From Eledone cirrhosa (taxonomy: Eukaryota), in NCBI GenBank assembly GCA_964016885.1, contig OZ024747.1:16988001-17052000 (forward strand): a stretch of 64,000 bases of DNA. The letters are read 5' to 3'. The notes beneath the pieces were generated by a model that worked only from the letters and a program-made list of their open reading frames with translations, searched no databases and had not been told where the DNA came from. Position 1 is the first letter of the stretch; each line of letters begins with the position of its first letter. Below are positions 13,031 through 26,351 of the stretch, piece after piece. The position numbers and the translations under genes were made by a program.

Positions 13031-13895
13031 TTATTTTTAAATTGTTATTATCATGAGTGGTTCCTTAATGTGAGCATTGCGTGGCTTAAGAATGAAATTA
13101 TTAATAATTGTCTCCACTCCAGGCACAAGGCCAGCAATCACCCAGTGCATTACAATAATATAATATACTTTTTGTTGTAGTTGGCTGTTATTGTTGTTGG
13201 CTATGTCGGTGGTGGTGCCGGGGCTTTTTATATTGTTGGTGAGGAAGGGGTGAGCCAGCAGTCCCATATTTGTTGATATTGTCGTTTGGCCTTGGCCAGG
13301 TCACTAAGTCAATCTATTTATATCTTTTGCTAGCCTCTCCCTTGTCTAGTGATACCGCCATCTTCCCCTTTCTCTCTCAAGTTAACAGGGGAATAGTGGT
13401 GGTAGCATTGAAGGAGTGGTGGCGGCGGGGAGATGTGGGAGACAGTAGCGGCGGTATCGATACTGAGACAGTGGTGGTGGTGATGTCGATACCGGGCAGT
13501 GATGGTGGTGACGTGATCGTATTACTGTAGTGATGGTGTTGTAGCGGTGGTAGCAATGAAGGAGTGGTGGCGCCGGTGATGGGATAGTGGTGGTAATGAT
13601 GGCAGTAGTAAGAGGTGGTGGTGAAATTGCCGTTATCTGGCTGTTGTGTTTAGTGTACACAGAGAGGTGATGGGGTAGGTGTTGTATCTAGTTTCTGGTG
13701 TTGTTTGGCTGTTCTATATAGCGTAGACAGAGGAGGGGGGGGGTCTTCTTCCATTTATAGCCATTTTCTTTTTTGAATATACAATGTACAATACAAAGTT
13801 GAATATTTGAATATTTGAGCCTTATAACAATATATTTTGGGTCCGAATTTTTGGGGGCTCAAGCCGGATGCTTTACGTAGCATTTGTACTAAGAG

Positions 13896-13954
<59 letters not shown>

Positions 13955-14877
13955 GGAGTCTGAGTCATTGATGTTGTTTAACTGGAAAGTTTGTTGAAAT
14001 GAATATCAAGCCGCTACCTGCAGCCTCATATATTCAGGACGTATCGGAGGGTTCTTGCTGTTCCCAGCAAGCATGCCTTTTGAAGTGTTCCAAAAAGCGG
14101 GGCTGGACTAATTTTCTGAAACCATCCTTGGAAATTCTTTGAGATAGTACCTAGTGCGCCTATGACAATCGGGATGACTCTGACTCCATGGCAGTTCCAA
14201 ATCCTTTTTACCTCCCACTTTAAGTCCTGGTATCGGTTAATGTTCTCCCTCTGCTTTTCTTGCATTCTCGTGTCAAATGGGCAGGCTACATCTACAATCA
14301 GGCACGATCTTTTTTCCTTGTCCAAAACCACCAGGTCAGGTCTGTTGTGTTCTAATTTATTGTGCGTCTGTATCCTAAAATCCCACAGAACCTTCACCTG
14401 ATCGTTTTCTATCACAGACTCTGTCTTATGCTCATACCACTTCCCAGAATGTGGTAAATTGTTTACTTTTCATAGGTGCCAGTGGATCACCCTGCTTATC
14501 ACATCGTGTCTCCAGCCTTTATAGTGAGTCTGGGATAGGTGTTTACACTCAGATACAATGTGAGCCACAGTTCCCTCTCTCTCTCCTCAGATCCTACACA
14601 GTGAGGTAGCCTCCTCCTTGTAAATATGGTGTTTCACCCACTTCGTTCTGAGGACTTGCTCTTACGCAGCCATTAGCATTCCTTCCGTAGCTTTCTTAAG
14701 GTCTCCTCTTTTTAACCAGTTCCATGTCTGTGGATCTCTAAATTCAGTTTTCCTAAAGAAGGTACTATGAAGGGATTTTTCATGAATGTTGCTATTCCTC
14801 CTTGTTGTATTTCCTCCTTGGTCATCCCCTGGTATATTGTCTTCTCCTTCAGTACAATTTTGAGTATTGGCTCCCCA
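13955..14877 (-). mobile_element. 5'-truncated R4/Dong element (zinc finger, RLE endonuclease, 3' UTR) in (TAA)n
   Basis: LKKATEGMLMAA, HIVSEC, RHD, KVLWDFRIQT...HNRPDLVVLDK...IVDVACPFD, VIPIVIGALG, LQKACLLGTARTLR; (TAA)n on both sides. Confidence 0.9.
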
Positions 14878-14938
14878 TATTATTATTATTATTATTATTA
14901 TTATTGTTGTTGTTGTTGTTGTTGTTGTTGTCATTCTT

Positions 14939-15472
14939 GGAGTCTCAGTCATTGATGTTATTTAACTGGAAAGTGCATGCAAATGAACATCAAACCGCTA
15001 CCTGCAGCCTCAGATATTCAGGACATATAGAAGGGTTCTTGCTGTTCCAAGCAAGCATGCCTTTTGAAGTGTTCCAAAAAGGGGTCTGGACTAATCTTCT
15101 TTAACTATCCTTCAACATTCTTCGAGATGGTACCTAGTGCTTCTACGACAATGGGGTCGACCTTGATCTCATGACAGTCCCAAATCCTTATTAATTCTCA
15201 CTTTAAATCCTAGTATCGGTTACTTTTCTCCCCCCCCCCCCCCCTTTTTCATGCACTCTTGTCTCAAAGGGGCAGGCTACATCTACAATGAGGCACAATC
15301 TTTTTTCCTTGTCAAAACCCACCAGGTCAGTCCTATTGTGTTCTAATTTCTTGTCTGTCTGTATCCTTATATCCCATAGCACCTTCACTTGATCGCTTTC
15401 TATCACCGACTCTGGCTTATGCTCATACCACTTCTCAGAATGTGGTAAATTATTTAGTTTACATAAATGCCA
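14939..15472 (-). mobile_element. Second 5'-truncated R4/Dong copy
   Basis: Same 3' UTR (GGAGTCT.AGTCATTGATG) and RLE segment (KVLWDIRIQT...IVDVACPFE), frameshifted; flanked by (TAA)/(CAA) repeats. Confidence 0.88.
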
Positions 15473-15490
15473 TTATTCTTATTATTATTA

Positions 15491-15678
15491 GGGTGGTGGA
15501 TTGGCAGTATCGGTAGGGAATCGGACACCATGCTTTGCAGTATAGAGTTATGGCCCTTTATGCTCTGAATTCAAATCCCGCCGACGTTAACTTTGCCTCT
15601 CATCCTTACAGGGTCGGCACCAGTAACATACTGTTGTCGATTTAATCGACTTTCCTCTCCCCAAAATTACTGGTCATT
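15491..15678 (+). mobile_element. tRNA-derived SINE
   Basis: A box TGGCAGTATCGG, B-box-like GAATTCAAATCC, core TTAACTTTGCCTCTCATCC. Confidence 0.8.
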
Positions 15679-16202
15679 ATTCTTATTACTATGATCATTG
15701 TTGTTGTTGTTTTAGTTGTTGTTGGTGTTGTTGTAGTTATTATTAATAATAGAAGTATCATTATTTGGTTGGTGTCTTGACATAAGGTGTGTTTATTTGT
15801 GTTTTTAAAGCGATATTTGTTTTGATAATTTATATTCTTTTCTACGCAGTTTCTTGTAGGTTAGTCAGTTCTCATCTATTTCTACACATTGAGGGCTAAA
15901 TTGTTGTTTATTATGTAAACAAACCACCTAAAGGTTTATTTTGACAACAGAAGTCATGGTGGAGCAACAATTATCCTCCGCGGAAATGAACAGCGGCTGC
16001 CCATAAACAAAAAGGATTTCTCAACATTGGAAAGTTCTAATACTTTCGTCGATACTACCAGCACCAGAACAATTTAAATCCTAATACAACAAGAAACAAT
16101 AACAATGTGATTACTACTACAGCCACACATCCCTTACACCATGACAACTACTCTCACCAAAACAACAAGAAATATAAACTAATATCAGTGACAAGAACAG
16201 TA

Positions 16203-16390
16203 ACTGTTTCTACTTTAGGCACAAGGCCAGCAATTATCCAGTACATTACTGGTACTTTATTGTATCGACCCCGTAAGGATGAAAGGCAAAGTTAACCTCG
16301 GCGGGATTTGAACCCAGGCTGTAAAGGGACGTAACTATGCTAGAAAGCATGGCGTCCAACCCTCTACCGATACTGCCAATTCACCGCCCT
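16203..16390 (-). mobile_element. tRNA-derived SINE
   Basis: Full reverse-strand copy with A and B boxes (GGTTCAAATCC) and 3' end GGCCTTGTGCCTAAAGTAGAAAC. Confidence 0.85.
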
Positions 16391-17000
16391 TGAAGTGACA
16401 AGAACAATAACGACAACAAAAAGGTAACAACAACAACAACAACCGCAAGAACAAAATAATACAATTGCATCAACGGCTGCGAAAGATATAGACTTTTTCA
16501 ATATAGACATTAGCGACCAAATAAATCTATTTTAAAAAATAAACATGGATTTATTTGCTGCTCCCGTCTGAGTTGAGGCAGCAGCTGCAAGAAAGACTTT
16601 CATTTATATATATGTGTCTCCAGAAAGATCTCGAAGTGTCTACTACGTGCTTTTCGGTTCATATCCAGGAAGAAGGTCTGTAAAGTCCAGGATCTTTGGA
16701 ATCCCATCGGATATCTGATGGATCCTGCCCAGCGTTTCCCTGCAGGGCAGCAACACTCTAATGGATGTAAAACGGACTCTACACATTTTCATATACCTTT
16801 CCTTTCTTTAATTTGTCTTTTTCTTTCATTTCCCTTATTATTGTTTTCTTTAATACTATACATATTGCAGTTTTATTTATCTGTTTAAGTATTTCAATAT
16901 CTTTTCTGATATCCTCTTTTTTCACTTTTCATTTCCATCTATATATTAAAATATGTTTTCTAAATTTCTTGTATCTAACATTTATTATTTAAACAACACC

Positions 17001-17174
17001 GCGGTGGATTGGCAGTATTGCTAGAGGGTCGGACGCCATGCTTTAACGCATAGAGTTACGGCCCTTGCCATTCTGAGTTCAAATCCCGCCGAGGTTAACT
17101 TTGCCTTTCATCGATAAAATAAAGTACCAGTAATACATTTGGTAATTGCTGGCCTTGTGCCTAACTTAGAAACA
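17001..17174 (+). mobile_element. tRNA-derived SINE with 17-bp TSD
   Basis: A and B boxes; ATTATTTAAACAACACC at 16984-17000 and 17175-17191. Confidence 0.9.
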
Positions 17175-18187
17175 ATTATTTAAACAACACCACTAAAACA
17201 ATATATTACCACACATTCTACATTCTTAGAACAATAACAAGCAGATATGGCTGGAACTAATGAGAGTGCTGTTTGCGTCTGGATTAGTTTCGTCCTTTAC
17301 ATAGAGAAACCATTATTTGTTGCTCAATCACATGTTTGCTTGTGTAAATTACAATTACGCCGAACGATACTCTACATACATAATACGTTACATGAGAAAG
17401 TGAAATAGTTACAGAAATTCTTTGATACATATAGGAAAGAGTCCTTGATAAAATATGTATGAATGAACATCAGTCGTCTGTTTTCTTAATGCCAAAACCA
17501 ATTACATATTTACCCGTTTCTAAACCGCGTTCACTATTCATGAATCTCTTTTACAGATTATAAGAATTTTTCCAGAGATAAGCATTTTAAGTTTAATATA
17601 TAGCGACAATAGACCATATATTCTGCATTTATAACATATGTCGACTTTATTCTAGATAAGATACTTTTTTTATTAATACTTTTAGAAGTTTCCCATATTA
17701 GTATGAATATAATTATCATCATCATACGCAATATTATAGCATTATTATTATAATCAACAAAGCCAAAAGAACCCGCATCATTCCACGTCAATATCATGAA
17801 CAACAAAGGAATCAGCATAAAAGATAGGAACTGCAACAACAATCAATCAATTTTTACAATATTCGAGTTTTACATGCGATAGCAAGTTTTGAATTATATA
17901 CAAATCCATATATTTAAAAAAATATTTTTACAATATTTGCAGTTAGTTATGAAATACTAATATAATCGTGTGAATTATGGAATATCTTACATTCATTGAG
18001 GCTAAAACAAATTGAATAGTATTTGAAAGATCTGCGACACATCTACTTGTGTCTAGCAAACTGAAATTAGATTGTTGTAAAAATTCATCTACAAAATGCG
18101 CAGCGTTGAAAATATATTTCCTATATGACATTCCCAATGTCGCATAACATTTTCTCCTTTGTAATTGATTTGTAGAAACAACAATCG

Positions 18188-18221
<34 letters not shown>

Positions 18222-18225
<4 letters not shown>

Positions 18226-18380
18226 TTAATATAGATGAGATTCTACAGGACTAGAACTGTTTCATTCTTTAGAAATCATCAGGAATCTGTAGAATCTCAT
18301 CTATATTAAAACTTTTATACTCTGCAATGTATTGAGTACCTTACTTACTGTGGTTACCTCCGATTCAACCCGGAATAACG
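18222..18380. mobile_element. PLE-type family F fold-back mini-element
   Basis: Inverted arms GTTTTAATATAGATGAGATTCTACAG / CTGTAGAATCTCATCTATATTAAAAC, plus a right-hand tail ending CCGATTCAACCCGGAATAACG; in (TA)n. Confidence 0.75.
18239..18287 (-). ncRNA. Type I hammerhead (family H4)
   Basis: GATTC-CTGATGA-TTTCTAAAGAAT-GAAA-CAG(TTCTAGTC)CTG-TA-GAATC; 5-bp stem I, GUA triplet, weak stem II. Confidence 0.7.
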
Positions 18381-18424
18381 TATATATATATATATATTAT
18401 GTAATGCACAACACAATACAATCA

Positions 18425-18497
18425 TTCCATTTACCAAAGGTTTCACGAAGACGAGCGACCTCAATAGAGACGTCTGAAATCGTTCATCAGAAAGGAA
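18425..18497 (-). ncRNA. Type I hammerhead (family H5)
   Basis: TTCCTTT-CTGATGA-ACGA...AGACG...CGTCT-TCGT-GAAA-CC(TTT)GG-TA-AATGGAA; stem I 6 of 7 paired, intact core, between (TA)n tracts. Confidence 0.8.
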
Positions 18498-18566
18498 AAT
18501 TAAATACGTCTGTAGAATACATAGAGCACTCTTCCTTCCTTTACCCCTTCTATGGAAATACTTCAC

Positions 18567-18608
<42 letters not shown>

Positions 18609-18996
18609 CTGTGTGCGTGTGTGTCAATATGTCTGTCTGTCCGTCTGTCTGTGTATGTGTGTGTGTGTGTGCATGAAAAACCGACACTTGCCGTTGGTTT
18701 CTTGTTCAGAGTCCGTTGTGTTTTCATGGTTTTCATCCCGAATGACTAACTACCTTTACATACTATTGATGCACTGAGAAAAATAGTCAGGCTTTTAAAG
18801 TATCAGGGAGCTGCCCATGTGTCCGACTTGACCGAGCTTTTTGTGTCCTTAATGTGTCACACGTACTTTTCCATATATATACATATATACAATACATGTG
18901 CACACACTACACACATATATATATAAATATATATAAGTTATTCCGGGTTGAATCGGAGGTAACCACAGTAAGTAAGGTTATATATATATAAATATA

Positions 18997-19280
18997 TTTC
19001 GTTTCTGAATTTGTTTAGCAAGCTTCTTTATCTGAAATCGTGTGTTGAAACCGATATTGTTATACTTTGGGAGGGTCATGTTGCCAATAAGAAACACACG
19101 CACCAGTAGCTTTCACTTCAATTTATTATATATTTATAAATTTACAAATTTACAAATTTACAAACTTATAAATTTCTGGTTGGTTGGTTGGTTCCACAAC
19201 CAGATAGTTGTTTATATATATAGTAATAGTCCTTTCGTGCGTTTCTTATTGGGAACATGACCCTCCCAAAGTATAACAAT
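18997..19280. mobile_element. PLE family A fold-back, tail on left arm
   Basis: Tail plus terminus 18997-19215; 3' half of hammerhead H2 at ~19225-19237; inverted terminus 19238-19280. Confidence 0.75.
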
Positions 19281-19289
19281 ATATAAATA

Positions 19290-19339
<50 letters not shown>

Positions 19340-19348
19340 TATATATAA

Positions 19349-19608
<260 letters not shown>

Positions 19609-19639
19609 GTATATATATATATATATATATAAATATATA

Positions 19640-20240
19640 TTCAGGTTTGAGGTGCACCACTGTATAGAGCTGGTCTATTCCGTATGGTCAATCGTAATGC
19701 AATAATATAGAGAGTACTCAATGTAAGGCAGTTCAACGGTCTTTGTTTTTTGTAGTTGGTGGTGCTATTACGGAGTTAAATATTATAATGAAATGACAGG
19801 AGGCTGGATTTGTGTAAATCCTTGAAAGGTTTATTATACTATGATCATTTCAATGACCGGGTTCCGTATGAACCGGTGATATCGTCAGGTATTCGAAATA
19901 TAATACGTGAATGTAATAGATAAATCCATGGGGCTGAAAATCGAGGACCCGAGGGCGACCGCTATTCTGTTCCTTCAACCTCAGCCGGTCGCCCTGGAGT
20001 GACGTGGCTAAAGTTTATAGTATGCTACTACAGGTCAGATAAACGAAAACAGAAAGGGATGGGAACATAAGTTAGCGTCAATCTCATGACACAAGGTAAA
20101 AGAAAGAAAGAAAGGAAGGAGGGAGAAGAAGGGGGAAGAAAGAAGAGGAGAAGCCAGGGTTAATGTCAGCTAAAAGAATGGATTTATCTATTACATTCAC
20201 GTATTATATTTCGACCTCCTGTCATTTTATTATAATTATA
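19640..20240. mobile_element. Uncharacterised PLE-type element with hammerhead H6 and a partial inverted arm
   Basis: 20178-20214 is the reverse complement of 19893-19929, and 20215-20236 of 19783-19804; long (TA)n on both sides. Confidence 0.6.
19836..19892 (-). ncRNA. Type I hammerhead (family H6)
   Basis: ATAC-CTGACGA-TATCACCGGTTC(ATACG)GAACCCGGTCATT-GAAA-TGATCA-TA-GTAT; palindromic stem III. Confidence 0.72.
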
Positions 20241-20360
20241 TAAATATATATATATATATATTTATATTTATGTATATATATATATATATATTTATGTATA
20301 TATATATATATTTATATATATATATATATATTTATGTATATATATATATATATATATATT

Positions 20361-20405
<45 letters not shown>

Positions 20406-20441
20406 TAAAATAACAGATTAAAGTTTAAGCAAAGAATCGCT

Positions 20442-20473
<32 letters not shown>

Positions 20474-20725
20474 CGCGTGTAGAGATATGTATACTGCTTC
20501 ATTTAATATATATATATTATATATATGCGTGTGTGCATTTGTGTTTATGTGTATGAAGGTATGCATGTCAAGCCGATCATGACCACTACTTGTATCATGT
20601 TATTGCATAGTCCATCACTCAATCATTGGTTTATTATGAGTGGTAAACATAATGAAAATACTTAACTTGATTTATGATATTACAGTGAGTATTCGTTTCC
20701 CCTTGAACGGCCAGCGTTGAATATG

Positions 20726-20776
<51 letters not shown>

Positions 20777-20778
20777 GG

Positions 20779-20853
<75 letters not shown>

Positions 20854-21529
20854 AACAAGGTTAAATATTATTTCATCCTTGTAATTTAATTGTAATTCGG
20901 TTTCATGTTGCTGCATTTTACGCATCATGATATTACTTTGTAATAAGTGTGCAAATTACAAAGTGCCTATGGCAATATAACAGCAAATCTTTGTCAAACA
21001 CCATGCAGTAATGGTTAAAATATTCCAATTAATACGAAATCACATGCTGTCAGGATTAGAATAGGGCAAAATATATTGCGTAAATGCATTTCTTAATATC
21101 ATATTTATTTTATGAATAATATTTATCAGTGCCACAATTTTAACTTTAAATATTTCACTTCTGAGAAAATATTCTATGCTCCAAGCAGCAATTAAAAACT
21201 CACTCATCATATGAAATAAACTAATCTCTTCTATGCCGGTTATTTTCATTACCATCTTCAGTTTCACAGAAATATCAAAGCAGAATGTACGTAAATAACG
21301 ACATCATACATTCAGAAACTCCTAACGAAATAACTATGATCATTATATTTCCTATTCACGGATATGGTTCATTAGAGAATTCAGGAAAGAGACATTAAAC
21401 GAAAGCATGAAAAAAACCATAGAAATTATCTCAACAGGAAAAGTACGGTAACATGTAATATGAACTGGATGCATTTTAATTAAACCTAGAAGATTTTCTC
21501 GACACAAAATCCTGTCATTATCATAAATC

Positions 21530-21713
21530 AGTTGCATTGGTAGTATCAGTAGAGGGTCGGACACCATGTTTTGACGCATAGAGTTACGGCCCTTGAAATT
21601 CTGAGTTCAAATCCCGTCGAGGTTAATTTTGCCTTTCATCCTGACCGGGTCGATAAAATAAAGTACCAGTAATACACTGGATAATTGCTGGCCTTGTGCC
21701 AAGAGTAGAAACA
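21530..21713 (+). mobile_element. tRNA-derived SINE with 12-bp TSD
   Basis: GAGTTCAAATCC B box; ATTATCATAAAT at 21517-21528 and 21714-21725. Confidence 0.88.
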
Positions 21714-21731
21714 ATTATCATAAATGAGCTG

Positions 21732-21765
<34 letters not shown>

Positions 21766-22307
21766 ATGTGTGTGTGAAATAGTGACCTTAATAATTTCGT
21801 GTTATTTATTTAGTATTTTCCCCAAACCGAAATTGCATAACTAATTATAAATTTTACTCAGTTCGTTACAAAATTTACTTCCACCTTTATGATGCCCTCT
21901 CGATACCTCATTCTTTGCCGATCTGTAAAATGTCTACTAATTATATACTGTTGGAGATAATCGTCCATGTATTCTACCCTCCATATGTATTATTCCTTAA
22001 GTACTGAATGTATGGTGAGAAACAGAGATATATATACTAAGTTATTTCTCATGAATTCAATGGGTCTAATGGGTGTGTTGCATACTTTTAATGCATAGGT
22101 TTCTTGAATTCGAACGGCTTGAAACCTGTTATGCGAGCAATATGACTTAGTTTCACGTAATAACGTACCTTACACTCAATGTTCCAATTCCCATGAATGT
22201 AGTTATTTCTAAGGAGTGTAAATTGTTTCCTGTCAGAATAGGCTAAATGGCTGTGTATTTACGCTATGTATTTAGGTCCTCAGACACACTTAAAGGCATG
22301 TGCAACT

Positions 22308-22498
22308 GGTAGGATTGGCAGTGTCGGTAGAGGGTCTGACGCGATGTTTCGCAGCAAAGAGTTACGGTTCTTTATGGCCTGAGTTCAAATCCCGCCGAGG
22401 TTAACTTTACCTTTCATCTTTACGGGGTCGATAAAATAAAGTACGAGTAATACACTGGAATCATTGCTGGTCATGTGCCAAAAGTAGAAACAATTATT
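22308..22498 (+). mobile_element. tRNA-derived SINE
   Basis: Full-length match to the other copies. Confidence 0.85.
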
Positions 22499-24120
22499 TT
22501 CGAAACATCGTTAAATTTTTCGTAGTATTTATATTAAAATATGATAAACAAATTGTGTATACATCAATAAGAAAATGTCTCATTATTCCCCAAATGTGAC
22601 TTTTTAATACATTTATCTTAAATGCAAAAAGAATGTTTTTCTTTCAATGGCCTATGTGAAAACTATAGTAACGTATATCCATAATTATCTAAAGTCCATT
22701 TGATTAAACGCATAGTAAATATCCATATATCTTTCGTGGAATGTTATAACTCTATTTTTCATTATACAAACTTTGCGTATAAGGATTATCCGCTTGGTTT
22801 GTATTTTCAAATCTAAATGTGAAAAATATCTTTCGGATTGTCGTAAATTTATCCTTCTAATAACAAACTGCATATTTCTATCATTCATCAAAAGGCATAT
22901 GATATTCATTATCATCCCTATCTTTCTAATTTCAACTAAAAATGCAAGTTAAATTTCACGTTTTCTTCTTTCATGTATAAACAACTGCTTAACGTCCACT
23001 TCCAATGTCTATTTTATTCCATTTCCTTATAGATTCGATTTTTAAATGTATATATTAGAATTTTAAATGTGTTTATTGAAATTTGAAAACATCTATAAAA
23101 TACATATGTATATTTTATCGATACGAAATATGGAAAATGGGCTCATGTACTTAACCACAATTAAATGAATTTCAATTAATACATTCTGTGTCATCATATG
23201 AATTATGTAGGACATACGGAATCGAAATCTAATCCTATCATATCAATTAACAAGAGAATAGTCTGCATTGTAATGTCTGACTATGCTCTTTCTCATTCAT
23301 TACTTCAGAGACATGTTTTTATATATGTATTTGTTTTTATGTCTGTATTTGTTTTTATGTCTGTAACAGATTGACTTATATGTTAACACTTTTTAAATTA
23401 GCATTATCCAGAATATTAAAGAAACCTCATCTTCTATAAATGTGACAGGATGACATCATGTTAACAATAATATTTATGTTTGCATCGTTTGATATTTTTA
23501 TCTGAATACGTATACATGTGAGTCAAAGTTATCAAGCTCATGTTTATGAATACAATACAATTTGATGTCAAAGTGACACACCACTGTGTTTCGTCTAGCC
23601 CAAGGTAAATAATTAATATGTTGTCTATTGCATTTGCACTAAAGTCAGTATTGCTTTTCCGAGGCATAACCAAAATAAGATTCGCGATAAGCCTACCACT
23701 CATCAACAAGGTATATACTTGTTTTCTTGAAATTCTAAATTCACTTTGTTTGAAGGTTGACATACAAAAAAATATATTATATATATTTCTTCTTACTATA
23801 TCATAACATTGTCTTTTACGTTTCCATTAAAATATGATCTGCTATTATAAAATAACTTATATAAATGAGATTTGAAATATACGTGCATAACCCTTATTAA
23901 CCTATTATACATGTGCACGTTTGTCTGTGTGCAACCATATGTAACCAATGGAATTAATCCTGTGTTACATGCACGAACATATTAGGAAATTTACACTTGA
24001 TTACAATTATCAGATACATATTTTGACTACACAGTCTGTGTCTATGGCGAATTATATACATAGTTGCAGTATTGCAATCGTTCTTAACCTATATATGGCT
24101 GGTTATCATATAAGCAAATA

Positions 24121-24278
24121 ATTGTTTCTACTTTAGGCACAAGGCCAGCAAATACCCAGTACATTACTGGTACTTTATTTTATCGACCCCGTAAGGATGA
24201 AAGGCAAAGTTAACCTCGGCGGGATTTGAACTCAGACTGTAAAGGGACGTAACTATGCTAGAAAGCATGGCGTCCAAG
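24121..24278 (-). mobile_element. tRNA-derived SINE, 5'-truncated
   Basis: Near-identical to 16203-16360. Confidence 0.85.
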
Positions 24279-26351
24279 TGCAACGCACCAAAAACATCAC
24301 GATATTAATAAATGTAATAATAAACAACAAATGTTTAACCCTTAGTTGTAATTCGAAATTAATGTGCATACGATATAATAAAGATATATAAATGTGATTG
24401 TAGGAATTACTATATGTGTGATTGTATGAATTCTATTTTCAACTAAATTTGAACATTACGCATATATTCAGTTTTAAAATGTAATTTCATGTACCAAAAT
24501 ATTGTTTAATGTTTCAGGCATACGTACGTATCATGGCATAAAGAAAAAATGTGTTATAAACACTACCTGAATAATAGTCTCATTTGCTTCTGTATGGCAT
24601 CATGATTCGGTGAGTTAGTACGTTTCTAGCGGAAATAATACTTAATAAAACAAAGTAACAAGACCAGATTTTGTTTTTGTACATATCAGAAAGAGCTAAG
24701 CTGCCTTCTAGTAACAGCTAACAACACGAGATCATCTACTAGAGGTAAATATTATGGATGCAAATGTAAAATGGCATCTTATATTTTAATCCCTTCGCAC
24801 ATAGAGTTATACGTAATTTACAAATGTTAATTAAGTAGAAATTATATTTACATAGAAATCTCTTCCTGTGAATCAGTATAAAATGGAAGAAGTTCCCATT
24901 GTCTATGAGGAAAATAGTTGTCACCTTTTATACAATCTTGTGAGTGTGTATATCACATAACACCAGTGTAAATGTATCTTTCCTGGATTATATGAGTACA
25001 CGTATTTCAATTCATTTTAGTTTTGATTTATTATACACTAATCACACATACCACAGCTACATTTTATCACGTTTTGTATTGGGGATCACCGTGGCTATGT
25101 GTCACGATCAAAAAGTATTTGATCTTAGTTATGAATCTTACATTTCCCAATCAAAGTTTTGCTTCTCTTTCCTTGTCATATTGAATTTGTTTCGTTATTA
25201 GCTATTAGCCGTGTACTGTTATAGCAGTTTTATTGCTGGGTATGTGCGCGCTTGCGAGGAGACAATACACACCCTCCTGGGTGTGTATTGTCTCCTCCCC
25301 TTAATAAATGTCTCTGTTACCCCAATCTCCTATTTAATTTTGTTTAAATACCTGACAACAAAAATATGCTACGTTTCAATTTTGTTCTTTTTTGCTCTTT
25401 GTATTCGTGCATATTGTATTATTAAATGCATATTTATTACAACGCTTTCTAGGTGTATATGCTTCTTAACTTCCTTTAGTTATGGTAACTTTAATATTAC
25501 AGTATCGGCTTTTGACAAGTGTATTGTAAATATAGTCATTATTTCCGTTATTTACTGATTTAATCTTGCTAATTCATTTCATGTAATGTGGAGAATAGTA
25601 TAATTGTAACTGATTACAGCAATATCTAGAATAATAATACTATTTACATTACTAAAGTAAACAGTCGTATCCGCATAAATTAGTAGGCGTATATGTGCAA
25701 TTAGTGAGGATAAACGTTTCAAAAGGGGAATAAATTACTTTGTCACGAGGAAGAACAACCTTACTTTGACAATTATCTTAAATTTATGTATTAAATCTAA
25801 AGCAATACATTAAATCCCCCCTAACACTTCTTTTATTCATGTGTTGCACCCTGTTATGTACTTCATTAATCCCTGTCTTATTTCAATGTGTTGCTGTTGT
25901 ATTTATCTTATTTCTGTTTCCTTAAAAAGCATATTCTATTTTCTGGTGAATTGAAGGCACTTTTTTACAAAAATAATTGACCTCAACGTGCAACGTATTC
26001 TTTACACCATATTGATGAATGTGATTATAAAAATTATTTTAAATATCGGAACAATACTGACAGTTTCGAGGAAAGAGAAGGTCGATAATATCGAAACCAG
26101 TACTTCATCTGTAATTTATTATTTCGATTTTAAAAGGATGAAGAGCAGCGTTGCCCTCCGCAGGATTTGAACATGATGGATCTGTTCGGGCTGTACAAGT
26201 TTGCGTCTTCCTTACCTGCCCAACAACGGTAAGAGCCAACCTCATCGCTAATTACTTGGCCAAAATGTGTGACACACATTGAAACTGCACTCAAAAATAC
26301 AAGTCTTTTATGAATCTACGCGTTGAGAATAATGCCATAATCCTGCTCTTA

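Noticed and set aside
16540-16775. SVAALQGNA peptide (minus) resembling an RLE C-terminus
   Set aside because: Too short, with no other RLE motifs
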